NCBI GenBank assembly: GCA_977017645.1
Contig: OZ360225.1
Span: 30,008,001-30,072,000 of the forward strand
Length of the DNA stretch: 64,000 bases
Origin: Torpedo marmorata
Taxonomy: Eukaryota
Direction: 5' to 3'
In this document: one piece after another, positions 12,023 through 24,972 of the stretch
How positions within the stretch are numbered: position 1 is the stretch's first letter
Layout: each line of letters begins with the position of its first letter
The notes under the pieces: generated by a model
Told to the model about the DNA's origin: nothing
The model's input: only the letters and a program-made list of their open reading frames with translations
The model's database searches: none
Program-made: the position numbers and the translations under genes

Positions 12023-13920
12023 CCGTATATTTCGGCGTATAAGTCGACCCTTGAAACCCTCAAAAATGTCTCAAAAAACGGGGGTGGACTTATACGCCGG
12101 ATATACTTTTGAGACCTTAAAATCAGCTCAAAATCGAGTTCACGCCGATTCAGCGTAAAAGTCGACCCCTGAAAACACGATTCGGCGTATAAGTCGACCC
12201 CTGAAAACACGATTCGGCGTATAAGTCGACCCCTGAAAACACGATTCGGCGTATAAGTCGACCCTTGAAAAACCAAAAAAAAACCCAACTGCAACAAATT
12301 TTCATTGACATTTTTATTGAAAACAACAAGACATTTAGAACCCTTCAAAATCACTTTCGCTATCATCGTCTGAGGCAAAGATCTTGGCAAGCACATCCGG
12401 AGTCTCACTGTTTAAACAGTCATCGTACGGGTCCCAGTCTGTATCTGATGAGGCGTCTTCAGCTTCGTCGTCAGTGTCCCACAGTAAATCATCTTCCGTG
12501 CCATCAATTGCACAAGAGATACCGCACTTTTTAAACAATTTTATTATAGTCTATACTTTCACTTTGTCCCATGCCTTGAGCACGAAGTCACACAGCACAT
12601 CAAGCGATGCAGCACGCATTGCCCCGCCTTTTGTAAAGGATTTTTCTGCACTCGACATCCATGTATTCCACTCTTCACGCACATGGTCTTTGAATGGCTT
12701 GTTCAAGCAGACATCGAGAAGTTGCAATATAGACGTCAAACCACCCGGGATAACCGCCATGTAAGTATTATGTTGTGCTAATCTACTTTTAGTCTTCTCA
12801 GTTAAGTGGCTACAAAACATATCCCAGACCAGCAAACTCCGTTCCTTGCATAAACCGCCTGGCCGCCTGTTCCACACATTGTCTATCCATAGTTTTACAC
12901 CATTTTCATCCATCCATCCTTTTTCATGAAAATGTACAAAAATACCTGCAGGGAATTTTATTTTAGGTTTAAATTTGCGTTTGAAGATTACCATGGGTCT
13001 TAACTTTGTCCCGTCGGCCATGCACGATAACACAACAGTAAACCTGGTCCTTTCATGTCCTGTACTCCTGGTTTGCACAGTTTTCACACCTTTCCATTCC
13101 ACTGTTCTATTGCCTATCATGTCAAAATTCATGGGGATTTCGTCCATGTTTCCAATATTTGCCAATGCAAACTTGTGTTTCTGCCAGTTACGTAAAATAA
13201 ACTGGTGAAAACTTACAACTTTATGATCAAGATCTTTTGGTAGTTTCTGAGCAATTTTAGTTTTTTGTCGTAATACCAGATTTTTCCTGTTCATAAAACG
13301 GTTGCACCAGCCTACTGTAGCTTCAAAATCATTACTGAGTTCTGGGTGCGACTTTGCCCACTTCAGTGCAAATGTTCTTATTTTATTTCGGGTGACTATG
13401 TAGCAATCTTGCCTCTGTTCACGTACCCATGTTGCGACGTGATTTTCCAACTCTGGCCAACGAGTGATACCTCTTCTCATCGAACATTGCCTTTTTGGTA
13501 TTTTTCTTAAAGTATCTTCTTTCTTCCTCCAATCTCTTACCAACTTCTCGTATATATCAAATTTTCTTGCAGCAGCACAGTTGTTGGTTTTCTTGGCCAT
13601 TTCTATAACTTTCAATTTAAAACTCGCCTCATACTTTCGTCGTTTCAATTGACCCTCCATGATAACAATCACCTCCAGCCAACGCCCAGCAGCTCAATCA
13701 GCGCGATCGTTGTGGGTCGACCTATACGCCGGTCAACGCCCAGCAGCTCAATCATCGCGATTTTTGAGGGTCGACTTATACGCCGGTCAATGCGCAACAT
13801 CTCAGGCATCGCGATTTTGGGGATCGACTTATACGCCGGATATACCATAAAACCATTAAAATGAGGCTGAAAAAGGGGGTCGACTTATCCGCGAGTCGAC
13901 TTATACGCCGAAATATACGG
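12023..13920 (-). mobile_element. pogo-superfamily (Passer/POGK-like, DD35D) DNA transposon, full length
   Basis: Perfect TIR CCGTATATTTCGGCGTATAAGTCGAC, TA TSD (12021-12022, 13921-13922), subterminal repeats of the TIR core. Confidence 0.93.
12335..13660 (-). pseudogene. pogo transposase (BrkDBD-like HTH, CENP-B HTH, DDE_1) with one in-frame stop
   Basis: NMDE, VWD and QLLD catalytic motifs with 35 residues between D2 and D3. TAG at 12551-12553, then the same frame continues FKKCGIS to an acidic tail. Confidence 0.88.
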
Positions 13921-14891
13921 TAAATGCAGAACACATCATGCTGTTAATTTTCCAATGTAGCTAACAGAAATTTTCCACCACAGCTAATTGACTGCATCTA
14001 CCACTAAAAATAACACTGCAGTTGACAATGATCTTTAGAGATTAAGATCAGATTGTTTTTCCAGTTAGATGTTTATGCAGGATACGCTTCATACTTGCAT
14101 TGATAAACGTGTTCTAGTGAGCATTCTATGTCACTTAGATTATTGAGCTATAAGGGCTTGGCTACTTGCGTTCACTTGTTTAGAATGAACAGTGACCTAA
14201 ATACTAAGTGCCTTGGCTGATTTTGTTTTTATTGCACCAATATGACTTTAGTATATTCACACCCTTACTTAAATCTGATGTTCATTGTTCTGGAAGAGAA
14301 ACCTGTCTGGCACTTGCTCTGTAGCCTCCTACACCTTGACAATTCAAATGCATATCCAGATTCTTTATAAATCTTGTGAGAGTCCTTGCTTCAACCTCTT
14401 GCTTCAACCTCTTCCTCAGGCAGTGTGCTCCAGAATGCAACCACCCTCTTGGTAAAAATTTGTTTTCCTCCGATCCTCTGTAATCTCATTCCCCATCTTA
14501 AACCAATTCTCTGTGGTTTGATGCATCCCTTTTTATTGGAGAACCACCCCCCACTCTACCAAAATATCCTCTTCTCCAAAAAACAAAAACCTATCCAGTC
14601 ACTTGTTATAACTGAAACATTCCAATCCACTCCTTTGCACCTTCTCCACTCCATTCCTCTTGTGTGGCGACCAGAACGGCACACAATTTTCCAGGTATGG
14701 CCGAACCTACTGGTATATCTCGTACTATTTTTGACGTTGTTCCTCAATCAATTTTTTTCCATGCAGTTCGTTGATCTTTCATTATTTCAAAATGTGTGAA
14801 TACATGCATTCTGTGTTGTAAAATGTTAACAGCCCAATTTTCTTTTAATTCAAGATCATTACTCCCCATTATACAGTAAAGCCCCAGTTAT

Positions 14892-15150
14892 TTATTTAAT
14901 TTAATTTAATCTAGACATACAGCACAGTAACAGGCCATTTCGGCCCACGAGCCCGTGCTACCCAGTTACACCTACCGGTAATTGACCTACAACGTTTCGA
15001 ACAGTGGGAGGAAACCAGAGCCCCCGGAGGAAACCCACGCTGACACAGGGAGAACGTACAAACTCCTTACAGACAGCGCCGGATTCGAACCCCAGTCCCG
15101 ATTGCTGGCGCTGTAACTGCATTGCGCTAACCGCTATGCCCTCCGTGCCA
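14892..15150 (-). mobile_element. V-SINE (HE1-like), well preserved
   Basis: tRNA-like A/B boxes (GGTTCGAATCC), V-domain, CR1-like tail ending (TTAAA)n. Confidence 0.85.
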
Positions 15151-15747
15151 CTCCGGAATTCAAGCAAACGGCAACCTCAAACAACTGGCAAAATTTTTTT
15201 TCGAGGAAAATAAATAAATAAATAAATAGACGGGACGAATAAGAATGAATACTGTTCCACTGTTTCCATCTCTTTTTTACCTATTCCTATATTTTTCCTT
15301 CTTTTTTTTCTTCTCTCCCTAACTTTTCTTCTGACCTCCCCACTCCATTCCACAGTAGTCTCTCCACTTCTCACACTTTATGACCTCGACCCTCTCACCT
15401 CTTGGCTACTCCCCCAGGTTCTTATTCCTTTATGTAGTACAGAAAAACCCCTGGTATCCGGAATTCAAGCAACTGGCAGCCTCAAGCAACCGGCAAAAAA
15501 TTGAAGGAAAATACATTTTAAAAATTAAAATAAATAAGAAGAAAAATAATAGGTAAAAAATATGTAAGTTTTAAATTGTAAAAGTAAATGTTCTCTGAAG
15601 TAAAACATAAACCTTTGGTGAAGATGGGAGCAAATACTCAGCCAGCGGAGTGCCTTGCTCGAAGCAGCTGTTTGAATAAAGTTGTGTTTGAATAAAATGG
15701 CGTCGCCCAGGATGAAGAGCTGGTTGATGCCGATCGCCGATGGGGTG

Positions 15748-16660
15748 TGTTGTGGACCATGACTGACCATTTGGACTGCGGACGGTCAGCAGGAAGGATG
15801 AAGTCTTTTGGAGTATACACTGGGGCCACGTACTGAAAGAGTTAACTTCCCCAGCTACTTGGTGTACCCAGACAAGATACATTGTTGCACTCTTGGTGTA
15901 CCCAGACAGAGAGAGACCAGAGAGAGAGAGAGAGAAACAGACTGGACAAGATACATTTGTTTCACTTTTGCAAAAAGCAGGTGCAGATTTCTGCAGGAAA
16001 AGCAGACAGTTGTAAGTTGCAAAGGCTACAGGACACAGCCAAATCCAGGCTTGTGCAAGCCAGAGAAAATCACTGGCAGAAGAGCACATGGCCTCCTGTC
16101 TCAGAGAGAAATTCTGAGAAAAAGCAACTTCTGTGGAGAACAGGCGTGAGATCAGCGAGACTAGCTGTGAGATTCAAGCACACGCCTAAATCAGTGGTAT
16201 ACTGATCTGGAACTTGCAATTCTTATGAACATACAAGAAGGGGACTTCATCAGAGAAGAAAACAAGTATTTGTAAGCATAAACAGTCATTGTCTCTCTCC
16301 AACGTTCATTCAGAAGTACTTCGACCAGACACCGAGCTGAAGTTGAAGCCTGAACTTAGAGAGTGAATTTTGTAGACTGCATTATCCTTTTTTTTGACTG
16401 ACTTGTTTTTTATGACTGACCTGGGGTTTTTGGGGAAAGTTTTTCCATTTTTACATAAGGGTTGGGCACAGACTGTAATGGTCTGGGCTTTATACACACA
16501 CACACACACACACCTTTTAGATAAGAATAGTGTTTATAGACGTTTATAGTGGGGTTAATTGTTGTGAAATTATATGTTTACTTGTCTTTAATAAATAGTA
16601 ATTTCAATTTTACCCCTTTTGCATTGCGTCTTCTTTCGTTGTTGGTTTGGTTTTGTAACA
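15748..16660 (+). repeat. 5' LTR of Gypsy copy 1
   Basis: Direct repeat of 20759-21673 with about 10 substitutions and a few indels by eye. Confidence 0.93.
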
Positions 16661-16663
16661 AAT

Positions 16664-16686
16664 TGGGGGCTCGTCCTAGGATTTGA
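16664..16686 (+). promoter_or_regulatory. Primer-binding site, tRNA-Pro
   Basis: TGGGGGCTCGTCC matches the canonical tRNA-Pro PBS (TGGGGGCTCGTCCGGGAT), 3 nt after the LTR. Confidence 0.85.
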
Positions 16687-16780
16687 ATCAAAATCCATCT
16701 TGGTAATTGAAGGAATCCCAGTTTGGTTTAAGGCATTCCTTTTGTAAAGCTAGTGTGTGTGTAACAAAAAACCAGCAACA

Positions 16781-19700
16781 ATGGATGTAGTACAATTTTT
16801 GGAATCACCTGAACCTGATACTTTAAAAAAGACGAAAAAGGAACAGTTAGTGGCTATAGCAACAGTTGGGCATTGCTTCTGTAAAAGCATCTATGAAAAA
16901 GGCAGAGATTGGGAGAAAAATAGTCAAATACTATATAAAAGAAAAAAAATTTGAGGAGAGCGTGTTAGAGCAGTTTCCCAAGGGTAAACCTTCTGAAAAC
17001 ATACAATTGGAAATAAAGAAATTGGAATTGGAACAAAAGAAATTGGAGGCAGACAGGGAACAAAAGAACAGGGAATTGGAACAAAGGAAATTAGAATTGG
17101 AGATAGCCAGGGAACAGAAGAGATTAGACTAAGAGAACGAGGAGAAAAATAGGATATATATGCTGGAAAAGATAAAGTTGGAAAATGAGAGGAGACAAGA
17201 AGAGCGCCAAGATCAAATTCGTCATCCTGCTGAGGGGTTTTTGGCTAGTAGAGAAGTTAGGTTGGTTCCTCCATTTGAGGAGGCAGAAATAGATAAGTAC
17301 TTCCAACATTTTGAGAAGGTGGCTGTGAAATTGAAATGGCCACAAGACCAATGGTCTCTTATGTTACAAAGTGTAATAAAAGGAAAAGCTCAGCAAGCTT
17401 ATTGTACTCTTACCACAGAGCAAGCTGCTGATTATGAAACGGTGAAGAAGGCTATACTCCAGGCTTATGAGTTAGTTCCAGAGGCTTATAGACAGAAGTT
17501 TAGAAATTTAAAAAGATCAGCAACCCAATCTTATACAGAGTTTGCCTATGAAAAGGTTGTGTGTTTTGACAGGTGGTGCACATCTAAGGCAGTGAACAAT
17601 GATTACAATCAATTGAGAGAATTGATAATAATCGAGGAGATAAAAAGGTGTGTTCCTGAGGATATTAAGGTATACTTAGATGAAAAGGAGGTGAAAACTT
17701 GGCAAGATTCAGCTAAGTTAGCAGATGAATATGCTTTAACCCACAAGCCTAAGTGGACGTCAGGTAGAATTTTCCAAAAGGTCACTGTGGATAATCAGAA
17801 GCAAGTGGAAAGTAAATTTGGAAGTGGTGTTAAGGAAAGGGATGAAGGAAAGTGGAAAAGGGAAAACAATTCGGGTCCCATTTGCCACTACTGTAGGAAG
17901 GCTGGTCATATGCTAGCAAGCTGTCCAGTGTTGAAAAAGAAGAGAGAAAAGGATGCAACACCTAATGCTTGTATTCAGAGTGAGAAGATGCATTACAACC
18001 AGGAAGGAGATACATTTACTGACAAAGTTAGAGATGTATTTAAACCTTTTGTGACTGATGGTTTTGTTTCAGTTAAGGCAGGATCAAAACAAGTTCCAGT
18101 GAAAATCTTGCGAGATACTGGAGCTGCTCAGTCACTTGTGTTAGATAGTGTCTTGGAATTTTGTGAAGCTACTGACACCGGTGACATAAATTTAATTAAA
18201 GGAATTGGTGGTGATGTTGAGTCCATTCCTTTGCACTAAATAGTATTAGTCTCAGACTTGGTGGAAGGACCAGTTATAATAGGAGTGAGATCAGAGTTGC
18301 CAGTAGAAGGAGTCTCACTGTTGTTAGGCAATGACTTGGCTGAGGGTAAAGTAGTTCCTGCAGTGCGAATGACCACTAAGCCAGTCATTGACAAGTCAGA
18401 GAAAGACTCTGATATTTATCCGGCATGTGCCATAACCAGGGCCATGTCTAAGAAAAATGTCACTGTAGAAAAGGCAGAGGAAAATAACTTGGTAAAAGGA
18501 AAAGACACTGATAATCAAGAAAACTTGGAAAAGGTTGAGCTATCTCCTATGTTACACCCATCCACTGATAAGACACCTAAAGGCACAGATTTGTCACTAT
18601 CCCGACAGGAGTTAATAGCAAGGCAAAAGGACGATCCTGATCTTGCTGAGGTGAGCGATAAGGTTCTCTCTGAAGAGGAGATTAAAAAGGTGCCAGTAGG
18701 TTATTATGAAAAAGATGGGGTGTTGATGAGAAAGTGGAGACCACGTGATGTTCCTGCCAATGAAGAATGGGCAGTAGTGCAGCAGGTTGTGATCACTAAA
18801 GTATATAGGGATGCAATAATAACTTTGGCTCATAGTACACCCTTAGGTGGTCATCTTGGGGTGAAGAAAACTATACGCAAGATAATGAAACAATTTTATT
18901 GGCCCAGTTTAAGAAGGGAGATTGTAAGCTTTTGCCGGGCCTGTCACACTTGTCAGGTGGTGGGTAAACCTAATCAGGGTCCCCAGGTGGCACCCTTGCA
19001 ACCTATCCCTGCTTTCAGTGAGACTTTCTCGAGAGTAATTGTGGACTGTGTTGGCCCATTGCCCAAAACGGGGAATGAGTATTTGTTAACAATTATGTGT
19101 GCAGCCACCAGATTTCCAGAGGCCATTCCTCTGAGAAACATAAAAGCAAAGTCAATTGTAAAGGCTATGGTAAAGCTTTTCACCTTGGAAGGTTTGCCAA
19201 GGGAAATTCAATCAGATCAGGGCAGTAATTTCATGTCAGGCATTTTCCAACAAGTGGTTGATGGACTAGGAGTTAAACAGATTGTATCATCTGCGTACCA
19301 TCCAGAAAGTCAAGGGGCCTTGGAGAGGTTCCATTCGACTTTGAAAACCATGATTAGAACCTATTGTTGTGAGAAGGAAAAGGATTGGGATGGGGGGTTC
19401 ATTTGTTGTTATTTGCAGCGAGGGAGTCTGTCCAAGACTCACTTGGTTTTTGTCCATTCGAGTTAGTTTTCGGACATGAGGTGAGAGGTCCTTTAAGATT
19501 ATTAAAAGAACAGTGGATTAATCGTGATGTGCATTTAAATCTGTTAGATTATGTTTCCAAATTTAAGGATCGATTGTATAGGGCTTGTGAGATGGCAAAG
19601 GAGAATTTAAAGGCCACTCAACGGAGAATGAAGGTTTGGTATGATCGAAAGGTGAAGATGAGAACTTTTAAACCTGGTGAGAACGTATTAGTTCTGTTTC

Positions 19701-20626
19701 CCGTCCATTCAAATCCTCTTCGGGCTAGATTTTCGGGACCCTATAGAGTTAAGTCAAAAATTAATGAGGTCACCTATGTCATAGAAACACCTAATCGCAG
19801 ACGAGACACACAGGTCTGTCATGTGAATATGATTAAGCCATATTTTGAACAGGTGCCGCACAAAGGGACTGAAAATGTACCAGAGGTACTGGTTATTGAC
19901 AGGGGTAAGGAGGAGACAGGTAAAACCAGTTTCAGAGAGGGTCATGGGACTGTTAATTCTCGGAGTTATGTAGTAGGACAGGGGCAGTTGGTGCCAGTAG
20001 AGGCAAAGGTTGTCACTATTTCCGAGTTCCCTGTTCCAACTGGTAAGAAAACTCTGAGGAGGTTCCTGGGAATGATTGGCTACTACCGCAAGTTCTGTAA
20101 AAACTTTGCTGATCTTGCGCTCCCTCTCACAAATTTGCTTAGAAAGAAAGAGAAATTTGTATGGTCAACAGGTTGTCAGGAATCATTTGTCAAATTGAAA
20201 GCCATGTTATGCCACCAACCTGTGCTTAAGTCACCTAATTTAGAACAGTCGTTTTCTTTAGCCGTGGATGCCAGCGATGAAGCTGTGGGTGCAGTGCTGT
20301 TACAGAAGAAGAACGAAGAGGACATTGACCATCCGGTATCCTACTTCTCTAAGAAGTTCAATGATCATCAAAGGAATTATTCAACTATAGAGAAAGAGTT
20401 GTTGACTCTTGTGTTGGCTCTACAACACTTTGATGTGTATATCTGTACAGCTTAAAAACCACTCATAGTGTATACTGACCATAATCCATTGGTTTTTCTT
20501 TGTAAAATGAAAAATAAGAATCGACGGTTGTTGAATTGGAGTCTAATTTTGCAAGAATATAATTTGGTAATCACTCATATAAAAGGGAAAGATAATGTAA
20601 TTGCTGATTGTCTTTCTCGATGTTAA
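16781..20626 (+). pseudogene. Disrupted gag-pol of Gypsy copy 1
   Basis: SCAN-like capsid (YELVPEAYRQKFR), zinc knuckle CHYCRKAGHMLASC, protease LRDTGA, integrase HHCC + D,D,E (VDCVGP, SDQGSNF, QGALE), RNase H (AVDAS...YTDH...ADCLSR). Several stops/frameshifts; no YxDD. Confidence 0.9.
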
Positions 20627-20758
20627 ACTTTATCAATGAAAATAGTTCATATTTTGTATTTGTGGATGAACTTTGTAGATTTTGTTTATATTCTGACACC
20701 TCAATTACTTTCCTAAATTTTGTTCTTGCAGACCAAAATTTCCTTTGTGGGTGGGAGG

Positions 20759-21673
20759 TGTTATGGACCATGACTGACCATTTGGACTGCGGACGGTCAG
20801 CAGGAAGGATGAAGTCTTTTGGAGTATACACTGGGGCCAGGTACTGAAAGAGTTAACTTCCCCAGCTACTTGGTGTACCCAGACAAGATACATTGTTGCA
20901 CTCTTGGTGTACCCAGACAGAGAGAGACCAGAGAGAGAGAGAGAGACAGACTGGACAAGATACATTTGTTTCACTTTTGCAAAAAGCAGGTGCAGATTTC
21001 TGCAGGAAAAGCAGACAGTTGTAAGTTGCAAAGGCTACAGGACACAGCCAAATCCAGGCTTGTGCAAGCCAGAGAAAATCACTGGCAGAATAGCACATGG
21101 CCTCCTGTCTCAGAGAGCAATTCTGAGAAAAAGCAACTTCTGTGGAGAACAGGCGTGAGATCAGCGAGACTAGCTGTGAGATTCAAGCACACGCCTAAAT
21201 CAGTGGTATACTGATCTGGAACTTGCAATCCTTATGAACATACAAGAAGGGGACGTCATCAGAGAAGAAAACAAGTATTTGTAAGCATAAACAGTCATTG
21301 TCTCTCTCCAACGTTCATTCAGAAGTACTTCTACCAGACACTGAGCTGAAGTTGAAGCCTGAACTTAGAGAGTGAATTTTGTAGACTATTATCCTTTTTT
21401 TTGACTGACTTGTTTTTTATGACTGACCTGGGGTTTTTGGGGAAAGTTTTTCCATTTTTACATAAGGGTTGGGCACAGACTGTAATGGTCTGGGCTTTAC
21501 ACACACACACACACACAAACACACACCTTTTAGATAAGAATAGTGTTTATAGACGTTTATAGTGGGGTTAATTGTTGTGAAATTATATGTTTACTTGTCT
21601 TTAATAAATAGTAATTTCAATTTTACCCCTTTTGCATTGCGTCTTCTTTCGTTGTTGGTTTGATTTTGTAACA
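20759..21673 (+). repeat. 3' LTR of Gypsy copy 1
   Basis: Follows the PPT and ends TGTAACA before the GGTG TSD. Confidence 0.93.
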
Positions 21674-21938
21674 GGTGATTCTCTTGAACTGTCTCCTTAT
21701 CCCTGCTAAGAGTCTTTAACTTTATTAGTATATTGGAGGGGGAGGTTAATTCTCTTTAATGTTATTGTTCTTCTTTCGGGCGGCTCAGTGGAGGGGGAGG
21801 AACCTGCAGATGCAGCAACAGTTAAATATTTTTAAAGAATGTGACTGAAATAAAGTAAAATGCTTTTAGGTTTATATATTCATGCAAGGGAAGTTTGCTT
21901 AGTGTAAGTACAGTATAGTATTTTTGTCTTTTAAAGTA

Positions 21939-22575
21939 CCGTATTTGATGGCATATAAGACACCCCCCCCCATTTCAGCAGGGAATATTAAGAAAATATT
22001 TTTTTGTGTATTTACGGTATTAACAGGTAAATGTCTCTCAATTCCACGACTCACCTGCACAAGCCACTGTAAAACACTTCAAAATAAAGCAGTTTAATTT
22101 CACACAACAGATTAGAATCGCAGTTTTCACTTTTAATACCACTTTAATACCACACTGCGCTCCCTCGCAGCGACCACGCTCCTTTGGTCACCCGCCGCTC
22201 CTTACCTCTCTGCCGAAGCGCGGCCACAGCGCTGTCCATGCTGCTGGACACGGCGCACACCACCACGTAGCAACTGGCTCATCTGCCACCAGGCCTGGGT
22301 CAGGTCACCGCTTCTCCCTGGCAATGTTCAGCGCCCAGTGCCCGCCGCGCACAGGATCCGCCGGGAAACTGCGGCCGGCGAACAGGAGCCGCGCACAGTG
22401 TTCGCCGGCCGCAGTTTCTGAACAGGAGCCGCGCACAGGATCCGCCGGGAAACTGCGGCTGGCGAACAGGAGTCGCGACATGGTAAGGAAATTTCAACTT
22501 CGCATATAAGACCCGGGGGATATTTTTGAGCCAATTTTTGGGAAAAAAGTGGGTCTTATATGCTGTCAAATACAG
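21939..22575. mobile_element. Non-autonomous pogo-type MITE
   Basis: TIRs CCGTATTTGATGGCATATAAGAC / GTCTTATATGCTGTCAAATACAG, TA TSD; internal GC-rich duplicated unit at ~22345-22475. Confidence 0.75.
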
Positions 22576-24043
22576 TATTTATTCTTAATGCAGGTGTGTT
22601 AGTTAGGCTTTGTAAGCATGAGCCTCAAGCAACCTGAAAACTCGCTTTTCCAGTATCTACCAATCCTCGTAGGTGCCACGTAGGTTTTACTGTATTTGCA
22701 TTTCTCAATCAGTAAATACATTGGTTTATTCATAGACACAGAACATTCCAGCCCAGTACAGGCCCTTTGGTGGTGTGCCGACCTACATAAACCTTCCCTA
22801 CCTCACACCAATAACCCTCTATTTTTATTGCTCCCATGTGACTGTCAGAGTTTATTTAAATGTCCCTATTGCACCAGCCTCCACCACCACCCCTGGTACC
22901 CACCACACTCAAAGGAAAAAAATATTTTAATTTATTTCAATAAGACTGCAGTATTGGTTTCATGGAATCAAAGTTGAGAACACAGAAGAAAACTATTCAA
23001 ACCTCTTCTTTGCTCCATGTAAGAACAATCCAGCTGATCACTTGCCCCTTCCCCCACAGCGCAAACCTCTCTATAGTTCTGCAATTTGTTTCCTTTCAAG
23101 TACTTGTTTGGTTTCCTTCTCCATCATGAATGAATCTGCTTCCTCTGTTCTACTAATAGTGCACTCCAGGTACTAATTACTTATTTTGTGTTTTTAAAAA
23201 AAAATCCTTCACTTCCTGGTTGTATCCTATCGGCCATTCATTGAAATCAAATTTTCTCTACTCTGAATTCTTCGTGATCTTAAATGCCCCTTTCAATCCA
23301 CTGTTAACCTCTTATAATAAAACCCAGCTTCTCCAATGTGTCATGTGATCAAGTTAGTTGAAGCCAATTTGCCTTTAACTCTTGCTCCACCTTACTGCTC
23401 AGTATTTCTTGCCTCTCTCTCCCTTTGTCTGGCATCTGCCAATCCTCAGACTCAGTCTGTCATGTTTCACCTCTCCCTAGATCAATTCCGTACACCTGTC
23501 CTACATCTCCCACCTGTCCTCGATCCTCAAGGACCCACACCACCCAGACCTGTCCTCTTTACAGTGGCTTCTCTACTACATTTAACCAGTCTCGATAAAG
23601 GATTTTGGCTTGACCATTCTTTCTCTCCCACTGATGCTGCTCGACCCGCTGAGTTCCTCCAACAGGTTGTTTAGCTTCAGATTCCTTCCTGTGTGTCTAC
23701 CTTTAACAAACTCATCCTTGCCTTTCCCTCATCAGTCCTCAGTTGTCCAAGTGACAGCCAGTTCTGTTGCTGATTTTAATTCTTTTATCTTTTGCTTATG
23801 AATAAAATGGCCTGTCTGTTGGAACCAACAATGGTGTGCATGGTTGAAAAGCATTCCAATTTAATGTTTTAGTTCTTGGATTGTATATATGCAAATGGTG
23901 ACAGTCACAAAATTATTGCAAATAGTTAACTTTCACCAGGAGCAATTTTGTTTTCTGTGAACGGTGGATTTCAATTTTCCATTTTCTAATTTGTGCTTTC
24001 ACAACTTTGGTTTGGTCAAACAATTGTTGACAGTGAACATTTG

Positions 24044-24972
24044 AGAATCAGAATCAGAATTTATTGTCATGAACAAGTCATGAAATTCGGTGTTTTGTGG
24101 CAGCATCATAGTGCAATTAACATTCATATTATAACCATCTTACGACATTACTATAAAAAATTATAAATAATAGTGCACGAAAAATAAGGCAGTGTCTTTG
24201 GTTCATTGATTATTCAGGAATCTGATGGCAGCGGGGAAGAAGCTGTCCTTGTGCCGTTGAGTGCTCGTCTTTAGGCTCCTGTACCTTTTTCCCAATGGTA
24301 GCAGAGTGAAGAGGGCATGGCCTGGGTGGTGGGGGTCTTTGAGGATAGAGGCTGCTTTTTTAAGACACCGCCTCATGTAGATGTCCTCGATGGTGTGAAG
24401 TTTGGTGCCTGTGATGTCACAGGCCGAGTTAACAACCCTCTGGAGTTTACTCTTGTCCTGAGAGTTGGCGACTCCATACCAGGCAGTGATGCAACCAGCC
24501 AGAATGCTCTCCACAGTACACCTGTAGAAGTTTACGAGTGTCTTCAGTGACATACCGAATCTCCTCAGACACCTCAAAGTATAGCCGCTGGCGAGCCTTC
24601 TTTGTGATTGCATCAACGTGGAGGCTCCAGGACAGATCCTCGGAGATGTTGACACCCAGGAATTTGAAGTTCTTGACCCTCTCCACTACTGAGCCCTCGA
24701 TGAGGACTGGGTCATGTTCCCCTGACTTCCTCCTGAAGTCCACAATCATATCCTTGGTTTTGCTGACGTTGAGCTCAAGGTTGTTGTCGTTAAATCATTC
24801 AACGAGCTGATCTATCTCCCTCCTGTACGCTTCCTCATTGCCGTTTGTGATTCTGTCGACAACTGTGGTGTCATCGGCAAACTTGTAGATGGCATTGGAA
24901 TTGTGCCTGGCCACACAGTCATGGGTGTATAACGAGTAGAGCAGTGGACTAAGCACGCATCCTTGGGGTGCA
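24044..24972 (-). mobile_element. 5'-truncated Rex1/Babar-type LINE
   Basis: 'KFADDTTVV', 'KTK.MIVDFRRK' and 'LKDPHHPGHALF' motifs with a (TCTGAT)n tail; nearly identical to 51467-52670. Confidence 0.88.

Larger units (their letters stand above)
15748..21673 (+). mobile_element. Gmr1-type Gypsy LTR retrotransposon, copy 1 (RT core deleted)
   Basis: TG...CA LTRs, 4-bp TSD GGTG (15744-15747, 21674-21677), tRNA-Pro PBS, PPT at 20747-20758; domain order gag-PR-IN-(RT thumb)-RNase H. Confidence 0.93.
15438..22694. mobile_element. Probable Tigger-like non-autonomous element hosting Gypsy copy 1 and a pogo MITE
   Basis: Ends TACAGAAAAACC (15438) and GGTTTTACTGTA (22694); subterminal CTCAAGCAAC motif near both ends. 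A related 5' end occurs at ~14872/15153. Confidence 0.45.

Noticed and set aside
12150-12265. Regular short repeats resembling a CRISPR array
   Set aside because: No unique spacers; these are subterminal TIR-core repeats of the pogo element in eukaryotic DNA.
14892-15150. tRNA-like A/B boxes (also at 47554)
   Set aside because: SINE heads followed by a V-domain and LINE tail; not tRNA genes.
15571-16205. Several 100-170 aa ORFs in the Gypsy LTRs (also 20705-21214, 50934-51323, 57203-57688)
   Set aside because: Not conserved in frame between LTR copies and no motifs; likely chance ORFs, not env or accessory genes.
19381-19400. Frameshift at the same G-run in both Gypsy copies (also ~55760) as a programmed or shared lesion
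   Set aside because: The G-run differs between the two copies, so the lesion is not shared; independent slippage or sequencing error is more likely.
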